The translations under genes were made by a program, and so were the position numbers. A DNA stretch of 64,000 nucleotides from Bilabrum cf. latius (lineage: Eukaryota): positions 1,240,001 through 1,304,000 of the forward strand of contig OZ237738.1 of the NCBI GenBank assembly GCA_965178125.1, written 5' to 3'. The first letter of the stretch is position 1; the number at the start of each line of letters is the position of its first letter. The notes beneath the pieces were generated by a model, which searched no databases, had not been told where the DNA came from, and worked only from the letters and a program-made list of their open reading frames with translations. This document shows, piece by piece, positions 23,935 through 36,640 of this stretch.

Positions 23935-24669
23935 ATGACAATAAATTATTAGTATGGTAAAATATATAAACTCTACTGTAAAGAAGACCCTTCAATTTAT
24001 AATATTGGTTCCACTGCTCAAATACTATTATCAAGCAGAAAGTCAGGGCATAAATCATCTTATATGAGATACAAGAATGGAAAAAGCTCCGTCTATATGG
24101 CTAGCTATAAAATTTTTCAAGCTGGAACTCCGGTCATTGAATTAATTGAGAACTACCCCTGTAATAGCATTAATGAGCTAAGGGCAAGAGAAGGTTATTG
24201 GTAGAGAAAACACCCCGATTGTGTAAATCTACGAATAGCAGGAAGAACGGATAAACAATACCGTGAAGAGAAGAGAGAAGAAATAAGAGCTAGAAATAAG
24301 AAATACCGTGAAGAGAAGAGAGAAGAAATAAGAGCTAGAAATAAGAAATACCGTGAAGAGAAGAGAGAAGAAATAAAGGTTCGGTAGAATGAATACCGTA
24401 AAAACAACAAAGACAAGATTAAAGAATACGAGTAGAAGCGCGAGGAGAGAATCAAAGAGACGAGACGAAAGTATAGGCAGGAACATAAAGAAGAGCTGTA
24501 GAAGAAAGAAAGAATCAAATACGAAAAGAATAAAGACAAAATTATCCAAAGGACTAGACGATATTATTAGGAGAATAAAAAAGCCATCAATGAGAAACGA
24601 AAACAAAAATACCACCAAATGAAAGCATAGAAATTAGAAAATATCAAAGATATATAGGAAAGCGTTTAA
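23935..24669 (+). CDS. GIY-YIG endonuclease (244 aa) with 14-aa repeats
   Basis: NY*YGKIYKL...IGST...R..GH...IELIENYPCNS..ELRAREGYW; 42-bp repeats KYREEKREEIRARN; ends TAA. Confidence 0.85.
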
Positions 24670-24704
24670 ATTGGTTTAAAGATTATATTTTATTATATTA
24701 TATA

Positions 24705-25040
24705 ATGAAGTTTAAACTACCAGTTATCAAAAAAACCCAATTAATAAAGAATGGTAAACCTGTATTCAATTTCATATTTGAAGTCCGCCCTGATGGATAT
24801 AATGATTTAGAAATGAAGACTTTATTAAAAAAATATATCTAGAGGTTATTAAAACAAAAGCCCCATTTAAAGAATTATGATGCGTATGTTAGCTCTCTCT
24901 ACCCCATAGGCTGGCGAACTGGTTCACCATTTAAATTAAAGGATGATGTAATGCTATTCAGTCCTTCTTCTCGTTATACCTTCTTAAGTGATGAGCAAGT
25001 GAAGAGATTTATATTAATCCTCACTGCTCCGAAACAATAA
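24705..25040 (+). CDS. Stand-alone homologue of inner pPolB N-terminal domain (111 aa)
   Basis: TQLIKNGKPVFNFIFE...GWRT...FILILTAP versus TKLRLNGKPIWSMRFE...GWRT...FELLLIRKP. Confidence 0.65.
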
Positions 25041-25860
25041 TTACATTTTATAATTTAAACTTTATAATATGTGTTTAAAATGGCTTAAAAATATATTAAA
25101 TATAATATACTATAGGAAATGATAAATTATGAAAATGTGTTAAATCAATTAAATATATGCTTTGGTAAAAAGTATGATAACCCCATTCAATCCGTGAAGT
25201 ATCTAGAAAAGGTATTTAACGGTAAGCCCATAACTACAAAGAACCTTTATAAACTTGTTTCAGGTTTAAAAATGGATATAGAGATTAGAGAGAAAGACGA
25301 TATAAAGGTCTATTATCTAAGTAGGAAAAAAGAGAGTTTTAAAAGGGTTTGTTTAGAATATAAAGATGGTTCATTTAAAGCCGTCTAGAGGATGAAACCT
25401 TTATTTGTGCGGTGCCATAAATCTATGGTTGTTAAATTAACCGATAAAGCCGAAATAATTGAAAAAGATAAATATAGAGTTGAGAGCCTAACCGATTATC
25501 ATTCAAAGAAATATTATCTTCATTACACCATTCACGAATGCCCAGAGGATGAAGATATCAAAGAATGGAGCTTAAGGCTGAGTATAGCAAGTGATGAATT
25601 ACACGACGAGAACCCATCATTAGATGTAATGAAATATGGAATCAGACAAACAGCCCTTCATTTCTTTACAATGTTTAATATGATGATAGATAGCCCACCA
25701 GATATAACCCCAGAGGAAGCGGTATTTATTGAAGGTTCAACGCGTGGCGGGATTCAATATCACAAGAAGGGACAATATGAGGAGTTTATCACCTACGATA
25801 TAAATAGTCATTACCCCGCCATTATGTCATCTAATTCACTACTACCATATGGAAATCCTG

Positions 25861-28800
25861 GGGATCTCCAACGGGCAGTGTTGCACTCCACGACGCTGCG
25901 GGGAACGGCCGACCCAGCGACAATTCTGCATCTACGCCTGTTTGCGCTGTGGCACAGCATTCCGACTCTGCGCCAGGAAGAGCTGCTGTCGCACCTCTCC
26001 GCCCACGTGGAATTGCAATGGTACTTCTCGCACCGACTAGCAGCCTCGATGCACTCATCCCCGCCACCGGTCGACGCTACACCCGCTCATCAGCCACCCC
26101 GTGAACCTCCTGTGTCATCTTCTGCCTCACCGCAGCCTGCGTCTTCAATTGACCCAGTTTCACCGGGCGCAGGCACGGCAGTGGACTCCGCGGTCGTTCG
26201 CTCGCACCCAGTGGAGATTTTGTAGCGTGAGGCCTCTGCACCTTCAATCGCTGCAATTCGAATGCAGAATTGGTTTTCTGATGATTTCTTGGCAACGTTG
26301 ACCTCGATCTTTCGCCAATCCGCGTTCATGCCGCGGTTTTGCTAGGCTGACGCGCTTCATTTGGACGCTAGCGGCCGCGATTTCGCTGCAGAACTGGCCC
26401 GTGCCCTGTTTGGTCAGGCCGTGACGAGAGCCAAGATTGAATCGGCTATTTTCTCGTTCACGAGCCGGCTTCATGCAGCTCTGCCGATGAGCAATGCCAG
26501 TTTTGGGAAGTTTGATGCGTCCAACTCGGAGTCGTCTGCTGCAGGCGGACGAGAAAAGTAGGTGCCATCTAGCGAGTTACTATGCACTATTTACTCGGCT
26601 ATTTCCTTTGCTTTAGGCTGTGTGCTCGTGCGCGCTGCTTGCGTGCATTCGACGGCGTCCTTGCCGTCCTGGTTGCCGCAGGGCAGCAGCTCGTGGTCGT
26701 GTCCAGCATCACTAGTGCCCGATTGGAAAACCCTGGGGCAGGTTCGCAATGATTTTCTTCGTTTGGTTAGTGCTTCCGGGGCTTCATCTGCATCGGCGTC
26801 CCGACTAGAGGTGGTGTTTGCCGCTGTGTGTGTGATACCACGCGGAAGTTCAGCCTTTGAGATGCTCTCCTCCCATGCTTGGCGCCATACAGGCGAACGC
26901 TGTGACGTTGAGATTCGTGACCTTGTTGGGAATGAGATTCCTTCGTGCTCTTCTGGCGACTGCATGCGTCTCCTACAATTGCTGCATCCGTGGGCCACTG
27001 AGGCATGCAGATCAGGCGAACCTGGCCTCGTGCGCGGACTGCTACAGGGAGTCCAGGCTGACATGCAGGCGCCGTCCCGTCGAGCAGCACTGTCCCGCCA
27101 CTTCGACCCCCGCGGGGGCAGTGGAGGCCGGGGCAGTGGAGGCGGGGGCAGTGGAGGCTCCAGGCGCAGCGGGGGTGACAGCGACCAGCCCAGTGCCGAT
27201 CGTGGCGGAGGTCGACACCGTCGAGGCCGTGGACGTGGCGGTGCAGGCCAGCAAGGTGGCCAGCACCAGCGTGCGGACCGGCAGGACGGGGGTTCCACCA
27301 GGAAGTCCAAGGAGCCTTCACCTGACCCCCCCCCACGAGGTACGTCACGTCAGAGCCAGCCCAGCACTCCAACACCAACACTGCCGCAGGGGCGTACGCA
27401 GACTACCACCACATCGGACGCGTGTGCTGCTTCCACACCACCTGTCATGTCAACGCCCGCGCTTCACCCAGTCCTGGTGGCCCTAGCGCGCCCTAAGCGA
27501 CCGCAGCGGCCGCCCACGGCGTCATCCACGAGGCTGCCAGGTAGGACGGACATCTCTCCAGCATTCGTTGACTGGGCATATCCAGCTCCGGATCCAAGCC
27601 ATGAGTGGGCAGGGACGACAGCACCCTCCGTCGAGGACTTCATACAGCGAAAGGACGATCACCAGCGTACCAGAGAATGTCCCGGCGAATTCGTGGAGGC
27701 TCCAGCTGCGACGTGGGACCGTGAGCGGCTCCACCTGAAGGTTCACGACGACCCGCTGGCATTCACGCCACGCAAGTACTTCGACAAGGTGCCTCGCTAG
27801 ACTGCAACACTGCGGACCCGGCGGGAGGTTCTGTTTGGCGGCCGCACACCGAGGAAGGCCCCGTCCCTTGCCGAGTTTAAAGCCCTCCCACGAGTCGAGC
27901 GTGTACTGGCAGCACTGAACTATGGTTGCCCCCTAGCCATCGTGGACGAGGTGCCCAAAGAGCACGATCTAGACTACAAGGACCGTAAGCTGTCTCCGGA
28001 AGAAAAGTGGGAGATCGCCTGCGAGATCGGGCGCTCCATGCGGGCTGGCGAGCGTGACTTCGTGTCACCCAAAGATTTCGACACAGCCCGGGCCCGGCCG
28101 CTGGTGATCCCCAAGAAGGACTCGACAAAGCTACGGTTCCTTCAGGACTCCTCACTCAAGGTGAACGGCCAGCGTACCGGTCTGAACAAGGCCATCGACT
28201 ACAGTGCAGCCACGCCTGTGCAGCAGACGAGCAGCATGGACGTGCTGCGCTCGGCAGCCGCAGCAGTTCGATCCTGCCCCAAGCGTGCCAGCGGATACGT
28301 CGTCGACATTTCCTCGTACTTTCGGGTCCTGCCGGTGGCAGTGGAGGATCTCCAATACAACCTGATCAAGCTGCCCGACGGGCGCATCGTGCAAGATTTC
28401 AGGCTCTCTATGGGCAGCTCATCATCTCCCGCCTTCGCAACTACGATCAGTTCGGCTTTGGCCCAAGCCCTCGAGGAGCAGTCCATTGGCAGGGCCATGC
28501 GACCCGGACGGAGACACAAGCAGAAGCAACGACGCCGGAAGCAGCAGCACGCCAACGCCCAATCCAGCACGACGGACCAGGCGCCCCAGGCGAACTCGTC
28601 AGCAACGTCCACCCCGCCTGCCGCTAGCACGACAACGGGACAGGTCAAGACGGCCCAAGACTAGTCCCGCCATTGGTAGGTCGAAAATGAGGTGTTTGTA
28701 GATGACTTTGCCTGCCTCGGCGGAGATCACGAAGTCGATGCATGGGCAATTCGAGCCATGGGGCAGCTGGACTCCACAAACTTCCCCGTCAGCATCTCGA

Positions 28801-30584
28801 AAGCATTGAAGCAAGGGGCCCCAGCCCCGGTGTTCGAGTACTTGGGCCTCACCTACGACTTGATCAAACACGAGGTGCGGTGCCCTAAGGACAAGGCCAA
28901 CGACGTCCTGCGCAGACTGCACGAGGCACTCACGACGAAGGGGATGCTGCTGTCTAGCTTTGAGACCTTGGTCGGCAAGTTGTCCTTCCTGTCGGGCGCA
29001 CTTTATGGTATGCGCGGTGCTCTACGTCCCCTGTATGACGCCACGGGCTGGGCCCTTCACAAGTAGGCCAGCCGGTCACGACCAGGTGAGGTGTGGGTCC
29101 CCACCTCCTTTGTGTCCAAGGGTGGCTTCACAGTTGGGGAAATCCTCGAGGGATTCCAGGTGGCTATCCAGCGCAAAGGCGGGCGCAGCTTTCCGATGCG
29201 GGGCACCATTGACTGTCCCATCCTTCGCACTGATGCGTCGGTGACAGGCTACGGCGCCGAGCTGCTTCTCCACGACAAGGACGGCAACATCACTTCGCAC
29301 ACCGGCATCCAGGGCACTTGGCCGCATCGCCTAGAGGCGAAGGATGTAGCGGCGGCAGAACTTGCAACATGTTTGTTGGCACTGGCGCATTGGCGACAGC
29401 ACCTGCGTGGACGTGTGGTGCGTTTGTGGTGTGATAATGATGCTTCCGTGTAGCTGATACGCTACGGCAGACCCAAGAGCCACATCATGGCAGCCTTACT
29501 TCGCCCTATCTTCGTACTGCAGACAACGCAAGATGTGCAGATTCACGTGAAACACATTCCTGGCGAGGACAACGTCGTTGCGGACGCTTTGAGCCGCGGC
29601 TCACAGGAGGCATACACGCACCTGGACGCGGTGTATCAGGTCGACTGTCCCACGCCGATCTGGAACACCTTGTACAAGCACGACCATTTCACGCTGGTGG
29701 CCACTCTGGACTCAGTGGGTTGCGCACGGCGTGGGGGCACTTCGACAACTTCCTCACGTGGTACGACATCGACCGCAGTTTCATGGACGGGCATCTTCCA
29801 GCAGCTCGCAGACTCTTCGCGTTCAGGCTCAATGCAGCGCTCTCGAGATTCGCAGTCTTCTTAGGGGAATGTTCGCCTCTCAGTGGCGGCACCATCGCTA
29901 CATACACCAGAAATGCCTAGCGAGTCGTCATCGAGTCCACAGGAGCGTGCGGCGTCCCACGGTCAAGCCAGCTCGACAGCATCCTCCGGTACTACCACAA
30001 AGCATCGCCATCGGCGCACCCGTTGCGTCGATCTTCAGCCCCACTCCGCGCAATCCGACGGTGTTTCTCGACAGCCGGTTGCAGCACAACAGAGTAGGCT
30101 GCTCGGACAGCTGTCTGTCTCTGCTTCTGTGGGGGCCTCCGGCTGGGAGAGCTCGTCGGTGCGTCCAGACGACAAGCCGGCCTCCAATGGCAGCAAGTGC
30201 AGTTCATCACGCGAGACGGACGCATCCATGGTGTTGCCATCCGCCTGGGCCTCCACAAAGCCGACGGCCCAGCCAAGTTCTCCATCCAAGCCGTAGAGCC
30301 CATCGCAGTCCATTGCAGAGCCGGACGATGGGCAGTCACAGGCAGCAGGTTCTGCGGCGTGCGAGCCTTCGTGGCGTGGGCAGCAGCGAGCCACGCCCCA
30401 ACTGCAGGCGCAGACGAAGACTACGCCCGGTAGCTGGCGCTCAGCTGCCCCACGTCAGGGCCAGTCTTCGTGGCGAACACGAAGCCGATCGTCAAGGCGC
30501 AGGTAGTACGGGCGCTCCGCAGCTTCTGCTCACGAGAAGTTGCAGGAGCGGTGCACGGACATTCCATCCGCATCGCGGCAGTGA
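25861..30584 (+). CDS. Ngaro gag-RT-RNase H polyprotein frame
   Basis: Track ORFs 26361, 26562, 27942, 28692, 29091, 29487 and 29883 share a frame split only by TAG. VVDISSYF, MGSSSSP, FVDD, TDAS, WCDN and ADALSR motifs. Confidence 0.85.
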
Positions 30585-30778
30585 TGTGTTTGGACCGTGC
30601 TGGGGTCGCCTTCGAGGTCATTAGGCGATTTGGCAGATGGAAGTCGGCATCTGCATGCGAGGTGTACTTGCGGGGCGTCAGGGAAGGTTTGCCTCCTCTG
30701 GAGCTCGGCGGCAGGAGCCTCGATTTGAACAGGCCAGTGTGGGTGCTGGCCAGCGCGCTGCGGCTGAACTTGGAGTGA
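29720..30778 (+). CDS. Ngaro tyrosine recombinase (start uncertain, overlaps pol frame)
   Basis: GLRLGEL, HSIRIAA, GRWKS...VYLR catalytic motifs; TAG read-through; ends TGA. Confidence 0.85.
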
Positions 30779-32178
30779 GCCACACAGCCGCAGCGTACAA
30801 GACATGGCGGTAAGATTTGGCGGAGTAGTGCACGTGCTCTTCCCAGCCCCGGTCAGTCCGGTCAAGGGTCGCGCACAGGCACAGCTTTGTCAGGTCTTGC
30901 CATGTCTGATTGTTAACGAGACTAGGTTGCGCGTACACTCTGGCATCATGATCCTAACGCCGGATGGGGTTCGGTGTTGATGCCAGAGTGGGAGCGCGTG
31001 AACGTCTCGTTGGGTTCCGATGGCGGTTGCGACCGGGAAGGTGCGACCAAGCCAACGGATTGCTTGCGATGACGCGCATACCCTCTCTGTGTTCAGGAGA
31101 GGGGCGGAGATTGGGTACTTTTTGCCCACCCTCCCAACCCCCTCCTCCTCGGCGGAGTAGTGCACGTGCTCTTCCCAGCCCCGGTCAGTCCGGTCAAGGG
31201 TCGCGCACAGGCACAGCTTTGTCAGGTCTTGCCATGTCTGATTGTTAACGAGACTAGGTTGCGCGTACACTCTGGCATCAATAAATGTAAGGTGAGCCAA
31301 GGGAAATGCGACCCGAATATCTTTCAAATGATGAAGGTATTTGAAAATGAATTTACTTATTATGTCTTTACAGATATGAATATGTTTGTTAAATATGGTT
31401 GTGAGATAGAGATGTCAAGCGACGAATTTAATTTTATGACCTATGATAAATTTATCAAAAGTGAAACACTTTTTAAATCCTATGTCTCAATGTTCTACAA
31501 ATTAAAAAGCAAATCATATCTAGCAAAAGAAATATTAAATTCATTATGGGGTAAATTATGTAGTTCCTCTAAAAAGACAATTACATCAAAAGACGATAAA
31601 AAAATAAATATAGATAAATTTGATATTGACCGTGTAGAAATGGATAATGACGGAGAATTTATTTATCATTTAAAACATAAAGTACCCTTTAAATATAGCT
31701 GGGGAAAATTGAAACCTTTTATTCTGGCATATGGAAGACAACGATTGATGAAGAAAGTGAATAAGAACAACGCTAAACATATTATACGAATTCACACCGA
31801 CAGTATCACATTTAACAAAAGATTAAATTTTAAAGTAGGTAAAGAATTAGGTGAATATAAAAAAGAATAGATAAATGAAGAAGGATAGAAATTAATTATC
31901 CACGGATAGAATGATTTAATGGTCGTAAATGAAAAAGAAGAAATTATATCAAGGAAAGGAAAAAAAGGCGGTTTAATGCTTTGAATTAAATATTTATTAA
32001 TTATATAATATATGATTAATATTATTAGTAATATCTTTGTTTAGTATGCTATTAAGAAGGCATTAAAGAAGGTAAAAAATAAATTAATGAAGAATCCAAA
32101 TAATAAAAGACTCTATGAAGAATATAGAAAAAAAACGGCTCACGCTATTAAAAAATTATCATTTTATTAATTATACAA

Positions 32179-32886
32179 ATGAATGATAATATACCTAGTT
32201 ATATTAATAATCCTAAAATTTACAAAAAAGCAATCCAAGAAGTAAATAGAACGTATAAAAAACCATCAGCTTATCGTTCATTAGCCTATCTAAAAAAATA
32301 TAAACAACTAGGGGGGACATATGATAAAATTAAATTAAATGAAGCATAGAAAAATTTAAGAAGGTGGAAATTAGAGGATTGGAAGAATTAGAAGGGAGAA
32401 AAGGGATATTAGGAAAAAGGAGATATATATAGACCCACTAAAAGAATAAATAAAGAGACCCCTTTAACCTTTGGAGAATTAGACACGGAAGAAATAGAGG
32501 AAGCAATGAAGGAAAAATTTAATAACGGACACGTGAAATCATTTAGACCTAAACCAGTTTTTAATTTATATAAATCAACTAAATCAAATAAAAAATATAT
32601 GATTAAAGTAGTTCAAGGTAATAATATTCTGTTTACTGTTCATTTTGGTGGAATTAAGAATGATGGTACCCCTTATATGGACTTTATACAATATTATAAT
32701 AAAGATGGAGAGAAGGAAGCAAACCGTAAAAAGAAAAATTATATTAAAAGACATTCAATAAATGAAGACTTTAAAGACTATAAATCCCCCGCTTTTTGGT
32801 CTAGGTTTGTATTATGGAATGAACCAACATTAAAAGATAGCTTTATGGACGCCGTAGATAGAGCTAAAAAATTAATGAAAGTTTAA
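32179..32886 (+). CDS. Two-domain protein, DUF5872-like N-terminus plus Tlr6F/DUF5754-like C-terminus (235 aa)
   Basis: PSAYRS...YKQLGGTY...LRRWKLEDW, then KSNKKYM...VHFG...YMDF...YIKRH...SPAFWSRFVLW; joined via TAG. Confidence 0.65.
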
Positions 32887-32939
32887 TATTATAGGTTTGA
32901 TATAAGTTTTAGTTTTTCTCTTATTTATATATACAAAAA

Positions 32940-33461
32940 ATGAGCTTAGCAAGATTATCGCAACCTAATGATATATCTATTCAATGTAAGAATGTCGCAA
33001 CTGGTAGATTAGATAGTAGTGGTCTATATGTAAATGCTGTTGTGAATAGTAGTGATGTAGTTGTTAGCAACGCAGGATTACATCTTGACAGTAAGGGTAT
33101 CTCTTACATCACTTCGGGTGAAGCTTTACGATTCGGTGCCAATACCGCATCTGCTGGTTTAGTTATGAGTTTTGATGAAGACGGTCACGAATGTGATTTA
33201 ACCGTAAAAGGTGAAGTAGTAGCAAATAACACCGTAGCGCATAAAGGAAGGGTAAATTGGAGTGGTGGAGGTGCTACTGAATTTGCTAGTGTTCCGGGTA
33301 TGACTTCTAGTGATTTGGTTTTTATTACTACAATCACCCCCGCCAGTGAGCCGGTTGAATTTTCCCACGTAGTAGCAGGAACCGATGGATTTACGATTCA
33401 TTTAACGGGTGGTAATTCCTCTAATGATTGGTCCGCTAATTGGATGGTTATTAAAGGTTGA
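32940..33461 (+). CDS. Putative fibre/spike protein, homologous to 7117-7608
   Basis: Shared N-terminal half; different beta-rich C-terminus. Confidence 0.6.
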   Translation: MSLARLSQPNDISIQCKNVATGRLDSSGLYVNAVVNSSDVVVSNAGLHLDSKGISYITSGEALRFGANTASAGLVMSFDEDGHECDLTVKGEVVANNTVAHKGRVNWSGGGATEFASVPGMTSSDLVFITTITPASEPVEFSHVVAGTDGFTIHLTGGNSSNDWSANWMVIKG

Positions 33462-33501
33462 AAAATCTTTTTATTTATAAAAAATAAATAAATAGATAAA
33501 T

Positions 33502-33804
33502 TTAAATTGATATCTCCGGTGGTTTAATCCCGCTATTAAGCAGGGTTTGATTAAGTTTTTTGATATATTCCTCTAGTATATCCTTTTTTGGTTCTTTGAG
33601 ATTTTTTTGGTGTTTCTTCGTTCGTTCGTGTCTCGTTCTGTCCTTCCTTCTATAATAACAATCACACACATCGCATTTAACTTTTTCATTTCCTCTAGCT
33701 AAATATTTTTTATTCCATTTGTCTTTGTTTGTTTTGTAATATTCCTACATATAATTAATTTTTGGTTGTTCCTATGTATTGCTTGAACTCTAAATATCGC
33801 TCAT
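33502..33804 (-). CDS. Small C2H2-type zinc-finger protein (100 aa)
   Basis: EYYKTNKDK...KCDVCDC...RHERTKKH. Confidence 0.7.
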
Positions 33805-33862
33805 CACTATATATTATATAAATATATAATGTTTAAGTTATTTTAAACACATAAAAAAGGTA

Positions 33863-36640
33863 TTAAATATTCTAATCTAATCGTTCGTTGGATTCCTTGT
33901 ATACGTCCTTCATTTCGGGATACTAATATTTATAAACTTCATCAAATAATTCTTTCTCCTTGGTGAATTTAATTCTTAATTCTCTATCCTTTTTATCCTT
34001 TTTATTCCCCATACTCCAGGAGGTTTTGATATTTCCAAATAACTACTTATATAATTTTACGATTGCCCCGTGTAATTCACTATCGGTTTCTATTGGCTTC
34101 TATAATCTCGCCCCGCTTACTTCTACATATCTTTTACCCATTTCTATATATTTAATGGATTTCTCATTTTTACGTGTATAACTTAAATCAAATTTATTCA
34201 ATTTAAGCGTCTATAACATCTCCTACAATATGATTATTTTATTCTTTGTACTTTTTGCTTTCTCATCCTTAAAATCCTTTCTATCCTTTAATTCTGTCAT
34301 TAGTTTATATTTATCTTTTCTCTTGAAATTAGCATAATTAAAATAATTCATTAATTTGTAATTATCAATTAATAACATTTTAATATCCTCCGTTATGGCT
34401 GTCTCTGGTAGCCCTAAAATTTCAATTCTTCTTTTTATATGGTCGTTCTCTACATCAAATGAATCAATCTTTTCTTGTAGTATCTCCATTGTCGCCTCTT
34501 TCATCTGCTATTTATTCATTCGTTGTGGTAATTCCTTATCCACCTATACATCGGCACCCCTGTTTTTAAGAATAAGCTATAAATGAATATATTTATTTGT
34601 TTCGTATGTATCACATTTGAAATTATATAATTTCTTGAGTGGTAAATAAACCTTATATGATGCCTCTATCATTGCTTTATGGGCTATCTCTTCATCATCT
34701 TCTCCCTCAAAAATATCAATGTCAATATCATTCTCCTACATTATCCTTTTTTCGTATTTTTCTAATTTAGTATATAAATCTGTCTATGCGTTAATTTCCA
34801 TATTTAAGGTCGTCTATACCTCCTTTAAATTCTCATATCTTGGATAAATGGATTTTACATCTTCAAAATATATATTCATATATTCGGGATTTCTACATCT
34901 TGCCAGTTGCTACATCATCTACGGCGGTAGAATCGTTTTTCCTTTATATAATCCATACACTGGGCGTTCCATTACACTATCTAATCCGTAAATGACTTTA
35001 GGACTAAATATAATTTTATCATATTTATCTAAGCTCACATCTTCATCAGGTAATAAATCACTAGTAATTAATTTAACGTCCTCTATACCATCTTTACATA
35101 ACATTTTATAAAATGTATCTGCGTTCTTCTTGCTATCACACGCCAGTATAAATTTATCTTCACTTTTTAATTTATCGTAAAATTTCTATTGGTCTTTTTC
35201 AAAATATACTTTTACGTCCTTAAAATGCTTATATTTATTCTTAATGAAGCTAAATTCTACTCCAGCACATTTTAAAAATTTCATCGCTATCTGGGATATG
35301 TCAGCATCTACAGCAATAAACTATTTACACGTCCTTATCATTTTTAAAATAATAAATAATACAAGAACCCTATTATTATTCATCGTGGTAGAACTTAATA
35401 TATGCTCTATAATGCTATTGAATTCATCCAAGAATACGATGTATTTAGAAAAATCATAATTCACAATTTGGGGGATACTTTCCGGCGTAATAATAAGAGA
35501 CTATCCAAAATCAAAATCTTTATTCTGGTAGAACTCACATTTAATATCTTCATTTAAAAAGCTCTCGTATTGCTCTGTGCCTAAACATACACGGGACACA
35601 ATGGATAAGAACGGCGTTTGAACCTGTTTAATATACTTCTTAAATGCTGTTGTTTTACCTGTTCCTGTATCACTTTTTACCACATAGTTATATTCATATT
35701 TAAAAAAGCGTTCGGGCTTCTCTATATCATCTAACTTAGGTTTATTAATTTCTGTATACCCGTTAATATTCTCGTCATAAGGACGATAATAACACTTTGA
35801 AATATACTTATCCTTCACAAATGCCTTTAAACTTTTATCATTCTAAATTATTGAATTAACTAAATTAAAGGTTTTTAACTTATCAAAATAATGGATAGAG
35901 TTCCACACCTTGTTATTTTTGTGGTAGTCGTATTTATTGCCCTTCTTGCTCCACTCCTACCATTCCTTCTTAAATCCTAAATATTTACTCGCTAGGGTTG
36001 CTTTATACCAATCACTATAATTATTTAAATATTTCTTATCTAATCTATTTAATATAATTGACCAGTCTTTACCATTTAGAATGAATTTCATCATACAGTT
36101 ATTCACATCTTGATTATCAATTTTTGATATCCTTTTACTCGCCCCTTTTACGTTGGATTTCTTAGAGGATTTAATAATATACTTTTCATAAAATTTATAA
36201 AGCTCCTTAGGACATTTTTTTATTTCTACATTATTAATAACTTCGTATTTTGACCCATTTATGCCACTTGGTGGTGCCACTACATAAGCCCCATCATTAC
36301 GAATATCAACGTCAATATCTCTATTGGTGGTAGTTAATATATTCTAATCATATTTAAAATATAAATGATACCCTCCACCCGCTGTTTTAACCGTGAATGT
36401 GTTGAACCGCTTCACAAAGTCATCTGAAAATTTCTTGATGAATAAATGCTCCTTCTTATCGCTCCATTTATATGAATCAATATCAAACACGGTTATATTA
36501 TTAATTTCTCCGGTGATAATAGCCATATTCTGATTATTGAATCGTTTAGGCTCGGGTTTGGTGAGATAACGCCAGCTTTTAACATCGGGTATTTTTTGAT
36601 TGTGCTTGATGGGGAAACTTACGAGGTTTTTATTATTCAT
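33863..36640 (-). CDS. AEP Prim-Pol + PriCT + SF2 origin-binding-type (UL9-like) helicase (~925 aa)
   Basis: VFDID, GGYHLYF, DIRNDGAYVVAPPS; YSDW; KSDTGTGKTT, LDEFNS, DADIS, QLARCR. Five track ORFs in one frame split by TAG. Confidence 0.88.

Larger units (their letters stand above)
25861..31280 (+). mobile_element. 5'-truncated Ngaro retrotransposon (gag-like, RT, RNase H, tyrosine recombinase; B1-A2-B2)
   Basis: 130-bp direct repeats 30819-30948 and 31151-31280; no A1 copy at the left end; no TSD. Confidence 0.9.
25119..31984 (+). pseudogene. Protein-primed PolB of outer virophage, split by Ngaro (25119-25860 and 31281-31984)
   Basis: YDINSHYP before the insert; KEILNSLWG and IHTDS after it. 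Excision restores GNP-DKCK in frame. Confidence 0.9.

Noticed and set aside
25392-26225. Track ORFs 25392-26225 and 31160-31870 as independent genes
   Set aside because: They are chimeras across the polB/Ngaro junctions.
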